Assembly: GCA_041688155.1 (NCBI GenBank)
Contig: JBDNIW010000012.1
Location: forward strand, 202-64,201
Source of the DNA: Minisyncoccota bacterium
Lineage (GTDB): Bacteria > Patescibacteriota > Minisyncoccia > Phycocordibacterales > UBA918
Length of the DNA stretch: 64,000 nt
Direction: 5' to 3'
Below are positions 38,412-47,133 of this stretch, in pieces. A model generated the notes under the pieces. The model saw only the letters and a program-made list of their open reading frames with translations. It was not told the DNA's origin and ran no database searches. Both the position numbers and the translations under genes were made by a program. Each line of letters begins with the position of its first letter. The first letter of the stretch is position 1.

Positions 38412-38725
38412 TTGACCGATTTTTTACAAACACGTATAACAAGAAGTGGAAGGTGATCCCGCCTCCGTTCCGCCTCTTTTCAACTGGAGTGACCCATGAA
38501 ATATTTCCTGCACACCCCCGTGACGTATGTTACTTCGCAAAAGTCTTGCTTCAGCTGAAAGGAGGCCCAATCTAAACAAGGACACAGTGAGGTAAGCTCT
38601 CACGCAAGATCCTGACGTTGTGTGTCACTTGGGTCCAGTGGACTGACTCGCAACAGACCATGAGATTGTCGCCCACGACAATTAGACTGGTAAATAAAAG
38701 ACCGCACCCCAAAAGGTGCGGTCGA
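38412..38725 (+). ncRNA. orphan structured ncRNA candidate with promoter and terminator-like hairpin
   Basis: TTGACC-17-TATAAC; nested stems; ends at GACCGCACC/GGTGCGGTC. Confidence 0.45.
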
Positions 38726-38764
38726 ATCGCGTCTACCGTCCAACTATTGCTATACTATAATTCT

Positions 38765-39289
38765 ATGAAACCTGCCCTGTTTATTTTTGGATTACTGATA
38801 ATGAGTGGATTTGCTTCGACCGCCTTGGCCGCTGGTGCAACTACGACGGTGCTTACTAGCACGCCAACCCAAACCGTCGAGGAATCAGTTCGGGAGTACT
38901 TTGCAGACATTCCCGTCATGATTGAAATCGCGCGCTGCGAATCCAAATTTCGCCAGTTTGCTGATAGTGGCAATGTGCTGCGCGGTGGAGTGGGTGGACA
39001 GATGGTTGGGGTGTTTCAGTTTTTTGATCGGTACCACACCAGCCCCGCCTATGAGCGAGGGTTCGACATCGAGACACTCGCGGGTAACCTCGCCTACGCC
39101 AGATACACCTATGAGCAAGAGGGAACAACCCCTTGGAACTCCGCCCGGGCGTGTTGGGATATTCCCAGCGTGAGTACAGCCAAAACGGTTGCCGTATCAG
39201 ACGCTGAACTGACAAAGCAGATCGCATTGCTCAGGCAAATAATCGAACTGTTGCAAACAATCCTTAGTTTGCAACAGGGTAGAGTGTAG
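38765..39289 (+). CDS. secreted lysozyme/lytic-transglycosylase-like protein
   Basis: Signal peptide, IARCES, GVFQ, GNLAYA..Y...GTTPW..S..CW. Confidence 0.7.
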   Translation: MKPALFIFGLLIMSGFASTALAAGATTTVLTSTPTQTVEESVREYFADIPVMIEIARCESKFRQFADSGNVLRGGVGGQMVGVFQFFDRYHTSPAYERGFDIETLAGNLAYARYTYEQEGTTPWNSARACWDIPSVSTAKTVAVSDAELTKQIALLRQIIELLQTILSLQQGRV

Positions 39290-39300
39290 CCGCTAGGTAA

Positions 39301-41478
39301 CTACTCCATATGCAGCGCATCACCCAGACGTGCTACTCGCGCGGCGATCATGGGGAAGTCTTTCTTTAACTCAGGATGGGCGGCGACCAGGTGCTGGGCT
39401 TCGGTGCGGGCTGCTTCAACTAACTTTAGGTTGCGGATGGCTTCCATCCCGAGGTCGCTTAAGCCTGACTGCTTGCCGCCGTACAGCTCACCTGAACCAC
39501 GGAACGTCAGGTCATGCTCGGCTAACTCAAAGCCGTTTTTGGCGGTCGCAAGCGCCTTGAGGCGGTCGCGGGTCTTTTGACTCTTGCTTTCTGTCACCGC
39601 AAAACAGTACGGCTGATGGGTGCCGCGCACCACTCGCCCGCGCAACTGGTGGAGTTGTGACAGTCCAAATCGTTCCGCGCCCTCGATGATGATGTTAGTG
39701 GCATTGGGGACGTTCACGCCGACCTCAACTACGCTGGTTGCAACTAGCACATCTATCTTGTGCTCGTTAAATTCTTTCATAATTTCATCTTTTTCTTTGG
39801 GGGTCATTTTGCCGTGCAGAATCCCGATGGTGTACTCACTGAATTCAGTGTCGCCGAGGCGCTTGGCTTCGGCAACCACACTTTTCATATTTAAGGCATT
39901 TTCTTTGGCGGGGTCAGGCTCTTCGATTCGCGGACAGATAACGTAGGCTTGGCGCCCAATGGCGAGTTCACTGCGGACGTGTGTATACATCGGGGCTGAC
40001 TGACTCGGTCCGACGATGGTGGTTTTGATTGGTTTGCGCCCGGCGGGCATTTCTTCGAGCAGGGTGATGTCGAGGTCACCGTAGATGGTGAGGGCTAGGG
40101 TGCGAGGAATCGGAGTGGCGGTCATTGATAACAGGTGTGGCATCCGGGCGTCTTTTTTGGCCAGCTGCTTACGCTGGTTGGTCCCAAACCGGTGTTGCTC
40201 GTCGATGATGACGTAGGCAAGGTGCTTGAACTCGACGCTTTTGTAAATCAGTGAATGGGTCCCAATCAGGATTGGGATCTCACCGTTTTTCACCCACTTG
40301 AGGAGCTGCGGTTTGCTGATCTTGGTTGGTTTGCTGGGGTCAGTTTTACTAGGGAATTTCATACAACCACTACCAGTAATCAGGCCGATGTTGATCGGCA
40401 GGTGTTGGAAGTATTCGATGAATGATTCAAAGTGTTGTTTCGCGAGGATTTCGGTTGGTGCCATGTAGCCGACCTGTAGGTTTCCAAACTCGATTTTTTT
40501 GTCCATACCCTCGGGCGGGCGAGAGGTGGCTACCGCGTAGGCGGTAGTTGCTGCTACGGCGGTTTTGCCACTCCCAACGTCGCCCTCGAGTAGTCGCGAC
40601 ATAGCGTGGTTGCCACCAAAATTATCGAGGATGTCTTTGATGGATTTGTCCTGGCTAGCGGTGAGAGTAAACGGGAAGCGGTCGGTGAACGCAGCCACGT
40701 GCGCGGGGGAGGTTTTGAAACTATAGGTGGTCGCGGCGTTGGCCGCCGCACGGTTTTGGGCATTCTGGACCTGGATGTAAAACACTTCCTCAAACGCAAA
40801 CCGCTTGCGGGCACTCTCTGCGTGTTGGGCTTTTTTGGGACTATGGATCCACACCAGTGCCGTCGATAACTCGGGCAGATTGTATGTAGACAATATTTCT
40901 TTGGGGATAGGATCGATCAATGTGTCGAGCACGTCTTTCTCAAAGCACTTTAGCACCGTGTGATAGATCCACTTGCTGGTGACGCCTTTGGTCTCGCGGT
41001 AGACGGGGTACAGCGTGTCATCAAGTTGCTCAGTGTCTTTAAAAATACTGTCGTGCCGGTCAATCGGTAGGCTGTCGAGTTTCTCAATCTCGGGGTTAGA
41101 TAGGTACAGTTTGCCCTCAGTGCCTGATACTTTTCCAGCCAACTTCACATACATTCCGTCGGTGTACATTTTGGCGATGTACGGCTGGTTGAACCACATG
41201 ATTTTCATTTTGGCAGAGCCGTCCTCGATATAGCCTTCAGCAATCGGCATTTTGCTCTTCCAGGCTTTACGGGTTTTGAGTCCCGACAGCTGCCCATATA
41301 CCACTGTGTCTTGGTCTTTTTGCAAACTACCAACTGACTGCACATCTGTAATGTCCTCGTAGCGCGCGGGCAAGTGGTACAGCAAGTCAGTCACCGTCTC
41401 AATCCGCAATCGAGCCAAGGCTTTTTTGTGCACGACATCAATCCGGAAATGGTCAGCCAGGTTGTCCGAGAGTTTCAT
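39301..41478 (-). CDS. recG: ATP-dependent DNA helicase RecG
   Basis: GDVGSGKT, DEQHRFG, MTATPIPRTL, QLHQLRGRV. Confidence 0.98.
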   Translation of the reverse strand: MKLSDNLADHFRIDVVHKKALARLRIETVTDLLYHLPARYEDITDVQSVGSLQKDQDTVVYGQLSGLKTRKAWKSKMPIAEGYIEDGSAKMKIMWFNQPYIAKMYTDGMYVKLAGKVSGTEGKLYLSNPEIEKLDSLPIDRHDSIFKDTEQLDDTLYPVYRETKGVTSKWIYHTVLKCFEKDVLDTLIDPIPKEILSTYNLPELSTALVWIHSPKKAQHAESARKRFAFEEVFYIQVQNAQNRAAANAATTYSFKTSPAHVAAFTDRFPFTLTASQDKSIKDILDNFGGNHAMSRLLEGDVGSGKTAVAATTAYAVATSRPPEGMDKKIEFGNLQVGYMAPTEILAKQHFESFIEYFQHLPINIGLITGSGCMKFPSKTDPSKPTKISKPQLLKWVKNGEIPILIGTHSLIYKSVEFKHLAYVIIDEQHRFGTNQRKQLAKKDARMPHLLSMTATPIPRTLALTIYGDLDITLLEEMPAGRKPIKTTIVGPSQSAPMYTHVRSELAIGRQAYVICPRIEEPDPAKENALNMKSVVAEAKRLGDTEFSEYTIGILHGKMTPKEKDEIMKEFNEHKIDVLVATSVVEVGVNVPNATNIIIEGAERFGLSQLHQLRGRVVRGTHQPYCFAVTESKSQKTRDRLKALATAKNGFELAEHDLTFRGSGELYGGKQSGLSDLGMEAIRNLKLVEAARTEAQHLVAAHPELKKDFPMIAARVARLGDALHME

Positions 41479-41580
41479 ATAAGTAATATACCAAATAAAC
41501 AGCCGTCGTGGTTGCTGTCATATTTTGCCCCCGCGGGCGGGTGGCGTATACTGTTACTATTATTTTTGTATTTTTATACC

Positions 41581-42729
41581 ATGCCTGCCAAAAAACCTGA
41601 CTACAATCGCCTTGCTCTTGAACTACACAAAAAACTCAAAGGTAAGATTGCTATTGCACCCAAAGGGTCGCTCAAAACCAAACTCGATTGGAGTACGATG
41701 TACTCGCCAGGGGTCGGGGCGGTGTCGACTCATTTGGCCAAGCATCCCCAAGACGCGCGCGAGTACACCATGAAGCGCAACATGGTCGCGGTCATCAGTG
41801 ACGGGTCAGCCATCTTGGGTCTTGGCAACCTTGGTCCCATTGCGGCGCTGCCGGTGATGGAAGGCAAGTGTGCGATTTTTAAGGCGATGGCAAACGTTGA
41901 TGCGTTCCCGATTGTGCTTAATGTGCAGGAACCAGAGCAGATTATTGCCGCGGTTAAAGCCATCGCACCTGGGTTTGGTGGTATCAACCTCGAAGATATC
42001 TCGGCTCCCAAATGCTTTGAGATTGAAGAGCGACTCAAAGCAGAGCTCGATATTCCTGTTATGCACGACGACCAGCACGGGACGGCCATCGTCGTACTAG
42101 CCGGGCTAATCAACGCAGCTAAAGTGGTCAAAAAACGGCTGGAGGATATGAACGTAGTTGTGGTCGGTGCCGGCGCGGCTGGCCGGGCAGTGACTTTGCT
42201 ACTGGTGCAGGCCGGAATCAAACACATCATCGTCACCGACAGCCAAGGGGCAATAGCAGAAGGTCGCGCGGGTATGGCTAGCTACAAACGCGAGTTGGCC
42301 AAGCTCACCAACCGAGAAAAAGTCACCGGTGACTTGATGCAGGTCATCAGTGGAGCAGACGTCGTTATCGGTGTATCTGGTCCCGGCACGATAGCGTCAG
42401 CGCACATCGAGCGGATGGCACCAAACGCCATCGTGTTTGCCTTAGCGAACCCCATCCCCGAAATCATGCCCGAAGACGCCAAACGAGCTGGTGCCCTGAT
42501 CTGCGCGACTGGTCGCTCAGACATGCCAAACCAAATCAACAACTCCCTCGCGTTCCCCGGGATTTTCCGTGGCGCGCTCGACCGTGGTGTGCGAGACATC
42601 ACCGACGAGATGAAGCTAGCCGCCGCGAAGAAAATAGCCAGCCTAGTCAAAAAACCAACCGCAGACAAAATCGTCCCCACCAACAACGAACCAGGTTTGG
42701 TCAAAGCGGTGGCTAGCGTGATCAAATAG
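41581..42729 (+). CDS. NAD(P)-dependent malic enzyme
   Basis: YSPGV, LGLGNLG, PVMEGK, INLEDI, HDDQHGTA, GAGAAG. Confidence 0.95.
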   Translation: MPAKKPDYNRLALELHKKLKGKIAIAPKGSLKTKLDWSTMYSPGVGAVSTHLAKHPQDAREYTMKRNMVAVISDGSAILGLGNLGPIAALPVMEGKCAIFKAMANVDAFPIVLNVQEPEQIIAAVKAIAPGFGGINLEDISAPKCFEIEERLKAELDIPVMHDDQHGTAIVVLAGLINAAKVVKKRLEDMNVVVVGAGAAGRAVTLLLVQAGIKHIIVTDSQGAIAEGRAGMASYKRELAKLTNREKVTGDLMQVISGADVVIGVSGPGTIASAHIERMAPNAIVFALANPIPEIMPEDAKRAGALICATGRSDMPNQINNSLAFPGIFRGALDRGVRDITDEMKLAAAKKIASLVKKPTADKIVPTNNEPGLVKAVASVIK

Positions 42730-42768
42730 TTTGAAGCTAACACTTTTTCTGCTATTCTAGCCAGCAAC

Positions 42769-42853
42769 GGAGACGTGTCAGAGTGGTCTATCGTGCTTCC
42801 TTGCTAAGGAAGTGGGGTTTACGCCCCCGGAGGTTCGAATCCTCTCGTCTCCG
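42769..42853 (+). tRNA. tRNA-Ser(GCU)
   Basis: GGAGACG/CGTCTCC, G73, CTTCC-TTGCTAA-GGAAG, long variable arm. Confidence 0.95.
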
Positions 42854-42854
42854 C

Positions 42855-43190
42855 AAATTAAAAAGACCCAACAGGGTCTTTTTAATTTGCGGAGACGAAG
42901 CAACAGTCCGGGGGACTGTTGCGTGAGGATTCGAAAAGCTTTTGCGTCAGATTGGGAGCGGAGCGAACTAATCTGTCCAAAAGGTATACTGCTTGTGTAA
43001 CAAGCGAATCCTCTCGTCAATTACGTCACCCGGTCCGGGGGACTGTTGCGTGAGGATTCGAAAAGCTTTTGCGTCAGATTGGGACCGAAGGGAACCAATC
43101 TGTCCAAAAGGTATACTGCTTGTGTAACCAGAGAATTCTCTCGTCAATTACGTCACCCAGTCCGGGGGACTGTTGCGTGAGGATTCGAAA
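42855..43190 (+). repeat. tRNA-Ser(GCU) 3'-end derived array, 127-bp period
   Basis: GAGGATTCGA at 42925, 43052, 43179; hairpin cores at 42935-43004 and 43062-43131. Confidence 0.9.
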
Positions 43191-43277
43191 ATCTTGCTTT
43201 GTTTAAGATGTGTAGTAGTATTTTTGATGGATGTTGCCTAAATCGCAACACAACCTTCATGGAAGAGGAGATGCACC

Positions 43278-43670
43278 ATGAAAACGCGTACCCACTTTGT
43301 TATTCCAGCTTTGGCTGTCCTGGCACTTTCTGCTTGTGGCGGCGGAGGCGAACCTTTTGATCAATCTCGGTCTGCCTTAGACCAGCCACTGACTGTCGCT
43401 ACCATGGATATTACGTCGGTATCGTCCTCCGGTGAAGAGATGGTAGGTACCATATGGGCCTACATAAACTTTACCAGCGAGTTTCATGTTTCTTCTGACG
43501 CTGGCGTTGTGTGTGAAGGCAACACGAACGCCCATGGCGTTGGCGCGATGAATTGCTCCGACGGTCGTATGTACCCAATCGCGATCGAGGGCTATGGTTC
43601 CTTCAATGGTTCCTATGTTGAAGAATACCCAGGTGAAACAGTTCAAATTACCTGGAACCGACGGACCTGA
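43278..43670 (+). CDS. hypothetical lipoprotein
   Basis: GAGGAG SD, lipobox LSA-C, downstream terminator ~43741-43765. Confidence 0.75.
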   Translation: MKTRTHFVIPALAVLALSACGGGGEPFDQSRSALDQPLTVATMDITSVSSSGEEMVGTIWAYINFTSEFHVSSDAGVVCEGNTNAHGVGAMNCSDGRMYPIAIEGYGSFNGSYVEEYPGETVQITWNRRT

Positions 43671-43923
43671 GTTTGAACGAAAACTGACCACTAACCACTA
43701 ACCACTAGCTATGTGTCTGGCCGTCAGTATAAAAAGTAAGAAAGCCCGCGGTGTGGGCTTTTTTTGTGCTCCACTGAGTAGGTTGATGCAGTAGATGAGA
43801 CATGAAGCTGGTGTAAAAATTTAGGATAAATCTGGGATATAAAAAGTATACTAATACTATCCAGATACTCAGCGAATCTTCTCGTTTTTACCACCAAAAA
43901 ACACTCTTTGCTATACTCAATCT

Positions 43924-44133
43924 ATGAATAAATTCTTTCATCACGAATCAGCTGTAAGGGATGGAAATCTGGCGGTACAGCACGTCGACTCCAGATCTGT
44001 TGTAGCTGCAACTCAGACATTTCTTGCATCATGTGGACTAGCACTTAAGGACTGCGTCTTGATTGAGTGTCAACATGCAGACAATATCACTCACGTAACA
44101 GCCAAAGAGAAATCACGTACTATTCCAACGTAA
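43924..44133 (+). pseudogene. truncated YfiH/PgeF-like N-terminal fragment
   Basis: S..DGNL, Q.H..NI..V; stops after 69 aa next to a repeat remnant. Confidence 0.45.
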
Positions 44134-44218
44134 GCGTTGATTACTAACCAATCTGGTCCCAGTAACAAGTGAATCCTCTCGTCGCAAGTAACACTTTATG
44201 ATAAAGTACTACGCACCA

Positions 44219-44317
44219 CACGGAGAGTTGGCTGAGTGGATAAAATAGTCTGGGAGACTGTTTTATCCGACCAAAGGGAGGCGACGAACTCGTTCGACCC
44301 GAAGCCAACTCTCCGTG
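44219..44317 (+). repeat. inverted duplication of the tRNA-Ser(ACU) 5' end enclosing hairpins
   Basis: CACGGAGAGTTGGCT...AGCCAACTCTCCGTG, a perfect 15-bp pair. Confidence 0.85.
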
Positions 44318-44337
44318 GATGAGTAAAGCGAATAGAT

Positions 44338-44424
44338 GGAGAGTTGGCTGAGTGGTCGAAAGCAGCAGTTTACTAAACTGCCGAGCCTTTGCGGGCTCCA
44401 AGGGTTCGAATCCCTTACTCTCCG
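44338..44424 (+). tRNA. tRNA-Ser(ACU)
   Basis: GGAGAGT/ACTCTCC, G73, GCAGT-TTACTAA-ACTGC, variable arm GAGCC/GGCTC, AAGGG-TTCGAAT-CCCTT. Confidence 0.88.
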
Positions 44425-44813
44425 CAAATACCAAAACCTAAAGCATGTCTTTAGGTTTTGTTGTATTTTGCGAGAGAGTAAGGGATTCGAAAAGCTTTTG
44501 AGACAGATTGGGACCGAAGGGAATCAATCTGTCCAAAAGGTGTACTGAACTCGTAGAGTTCGAATCCCTTACTCTCCGCCAAAACAAAAAGTACCCGCAA
44601 GGGTGCATTTTTGTAAGCGGACAGTAAAGTAACAGTTCGGGGAACTGTTACGTGGGATTCGAAAAGCTTTTGAGTCAGATTGGGACCAAAGGGAACCAAT
44701 CTGTCCAAAAGGTATACTGCTCGTGTAACGAGAGAAATTCCCTTACTCTCCGCAAATACCAAAACCTAAAGCATGTCTTTAGGTTTTGTTGTATTTTGTG
44801 CGAGAGTGAGGGG
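44425..44813 (+). repeat. tRNA-Ser(ACU) 3'-end derived array
   Basis: Alternating antisense and sense copies of TCCCTTACTCTCCGC; hairpin cores at 44491-44558 and 44663-44732. Confidence 0.9.
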
Positions 44814-44929
44814 TTGGAAAAGAGCTGGAGTGTGTGTCAAAATGAATACTATTCATTTCACATAGCACTGGTTGGGTTATATCTAGGTCCAGCTACCGTT
44901 AGTTCTCAAACACAGCTATAGCTAAACTA

Positions 44930-45289
44930 TCATTCGTGTTTCTGGTGTGAGCCACGGACGGTAATCTCAAGTTCCTCGACGTCGAAGTCATCGAGTCCTA
45001 GTAGTTTGATGATTTCCTTATCAGGAGCAGTAAAGTGAATCACTTTTTCACATTGCCCACAGACAGCATGGTGGTGGGGTTCATGTTGGTATTCAAACCG
45101 GGCTTCTTGAGTCCTCAACTGTAGTTTTTTGATAACCCTTTCTTTGGTGAAGTATTCGAGGTTGCGATATACGGTCGCTAGATTCATATCAGGAACCAGC
45201 CGGTGTACTTCTGACGCTGAAAGGGCAGCCTTATGTTCTTTTAAGGTGTCTAGTATAGCTTGACGTTTTTTAGTGAGCCTTGTTTTCAT
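44930..45289 (-). CDS. Fur family regulator (probably Zur)
   Basis: RLTKKRQAIL, ATVYRNL, HHHAVCGQC; divergent from znu genes. Confidence 0.9.
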   Translation of the reverse strand: MKTRLTKKRQAILDTLKEHKAALSASEVHRLVPDMNLATVYRNLEYFTKERVIKKLQLRTQEARFEYQHEPHHHAVCGQCEKVIHFTAPDKEIIKLLGLDDFDVEELEITVRGSHQKHE

Positions 45290-45350
45290 ATGCGAATCAT
45301 TTGCATAATAGCATTCTTCTGCTATACTGCCAATTGCTAATTATTTGCAT
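45289..45350. promoter_or_regulatory. two 7-1-7 Fur/Zur-type boxes
   Basis: TGCGAAT-C-ATTTGCA (45291-45305) and TGCTAAT-T-ATTTGCA (45335-45349) flanking TATACT. Confidence 0.7.
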
Positions 45351-45375
45351 ACAGATTTTATAAGAAAAACAAAAC

Positions 45376-46443
45376 ATGGTCATAAAAAATACAATAGGAA
45401 TTATAATCGGGGTGGCACTACTGGCTGGGGGTGCGTATGTTCTCAGTAGCAATCAAAGTGCTGAAACAAATAGCACTGAGAACCAGGCGCTGTCGATTAC
45501 CACTTCTTTTTACCCGTTAGAGTTCGCTCTTGAGCGAATTGTTGGTGAGTTTGGTACGGTGACCAACGTTGGTGCCGGGAGAGACCCCCATAACTTTAGA
45601 CCAAGTACGCAAGATATGGTGATGATGCAACGGTCTGATATAGTTGTGCTCCAGGGAGCCGATTTTGAACCGTGGGGTGATGATGTCATTGCTCGCCTGG
45701 AGGCAGATGGTGTGCAGGTTATCATTGCTACCGACGCTGTTGAGCTGCACGAAGGTGGACATGATCACGGGGAAGAGCATGCAACAGAGGCAGACCACGC
45801 TGATGAGCCTCATGGTGAAGAACATGCCGATGAACATAAAAAAGATTTGCATGACGATGGTCACAAAGAAGACGAACACGCCGATGAACACAAAGAAGAG
45901 TCTCATGAAGACGAACATGAACATGGTGCGTACGATCCACACACGTGGCTCGACCCGGTACTATTTAGCGAAATGGTAGAATATTTAACTGAAAAAATTG
46001 CTACCCTAGACCCGAGTAATGCTGCGGTGTACCGAAAAAATGCAGCTGCTTTGCAGGCTGAGCTGGCTGCTCTTGATACCGAGTATGCTGACAGACTGGC
46101 CAACTGCGAGCTCGATGAGGTGATTACCTCGCACGATGCCTTTGGGTATCTCGCGGACCGGTATGGCTTCAAAGCGCACTCTATCGCTGGACTGTCTACC
46201 CAAGATACACCGTCGGTCACGACGCTAGCCGCACTACGAGCCGAAGCAGCCGAAGGAATTGGCGCCATCCTGCTTGAGGAAAACAGCATCACTGCCTACG
46301 GCGAAACGCTAGCCAGGGAAACTGGTCTACAGACCCTCCGTCTCAACCCAATCGCGTACATCATCCCTGCAGATGAAACCTACCTCACCTTAATGCAAAG
46401 CAATCTCGATTCGTTCGCGACAGCATTAGTTTGTAATGAATAA
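45376..46443 (+). CDS. znuA: zinc ABC transporter substrate-binding protein with His-rich loop
   Basis: DPHNFRPS, DPHTWLDP, HDAFGYL. Confidence 0.9.
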   Translation: MVIKNTIGIIIGVALLAGGAYVLSSNQSAETNSTENQALSITTSFYPLEFALERIVGEFGTVTNVGAGRDPHNFRPSTQDMVMMQRSDIVVLQGADFEPWGDDVIARLEADGVQVIIATDAVELHEGGHDHGEEHATEADHADEPHGEEHADEHKKDLHDDGHKEDEHADEHKEESHEDEHEHGAYDPHTWLDPVLFSEMVEYLTEKIATLDPSNAAVYRKNAAALQAELAALDTEYADRLANCELDEVITSHDAFGYLADRYGFKAHSIAGLSTQDTPSVTTLAALRAEAAEGIGAILLEENSITAYGETLARETGLQTLRLNPIAYIIPADETYLTLMQSNLDSFATALVCNE

Positions 46444-47131
46444 ATCAGTTATCAGTGTGAAAAACGTGTCTAAAGCTGTCGCTGGTCGACAGCTTTTAGT
46501 CGATGTCAGTTTCGATGTGGCTGAACAGTCCCTCGTTTCTCTGATTGGCCCTAATGGAGCCGGGAAATCAACCTTGGTCAAGATAATTTTAGGTCTTGAT
46601 CCTCACTACGAGGGGTCAGTCGTGATTCGGACAGGAGAGCGGGTGCAGTATATTCCGCAGCTCACCATGAACGATCAGTATCAGTTACCGATGTCAGTGT
46701 ATGAGTATATATCCATTGCTACCAATCGACTCTACGGTGCAACTCGAAAGAAAGTTGACTTTAAAAAAACCTTAACCCACGTGGGGGTGGCGACTGAAAA
46801 ATTATACCAGTCCTATACCAGCCTATCAGGCGGGGAGCGTCAGCGAGTAGCAATCGCGCGAGCGCTGCTGGGTGATCCGACTATTCTTGTACTTGACGAA
46901 CCGTTGGCGGCTGTGGACTATGCATCACGCGCTGGTTTGTATGAGCTGATTCGTCATCTTCAGCAAGGTCACAAAATGACAGTATTGCTGGTGTCTCACG
47001 ACATCGATAGTGTTCTGCCACTAAGTGACCAAGTGCTCTGTTTGAACCAGTCACTCCACACCGACTGTCATCCGTCAGAGTTTACAACCAAGGATGGTCA
47101 GACCAATCAGACTATTCATCATCATTGTTAA
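46436..47131 (+). CDS. znuC: metal ABC transporter ATP-binding protein
   Basis: GPNGAGKST, LSGGERQR, VSHD, C-terminal HHHC. Confidence 0.9.
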   Translation: MNKSVISVKNVSKAVAGRQLLVDVSFDVAEQSLVSLIGPNGAGKSTLVKIILGLDPHYEGSVVIRTGERVQYIPQLTMNDQYQLPMSVYEYISIATNRLYGATRKKVDFKKTLTHVGVATEKLYQSYTSLSGGERQRVAIARALLGDPTILVLDEPLAAVDYASRAGLYELIRHLQQGHKMTVLLVSHDIDSVLPLSDQVLCLNQSLHTDCHPSEFTTKDGQTNQTIHHHC

Positions 47132-47133
47132 GT

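Noticed and set aside
38485-38615. Glycine riboswitch resemblance (GGAG..GAAAGGAG..CTCTCA)
   Set aside because: The motifs are imperfect, the spacing is wrong and no glycine-related gene follows.
1403-42767. Long antisense ORFs over conserved genes (e.g. 1403-1999, 13610-14374, 32620-33486)
   Set aside because: They are shadow frames of rpsC, rpsE, ftsH and others, with no motifs of their own.
42778-44921. ORFs overlapping the tRNA-Ser genes and arrays
   Set aside because: They overlap tRNAs and palindromic repeats, and their similarity to one another is explained by the DNA repeats.
45760-45925. His/Glu-rich repeats
   Set aside because: This is the known ZnuA metal-binding loop.
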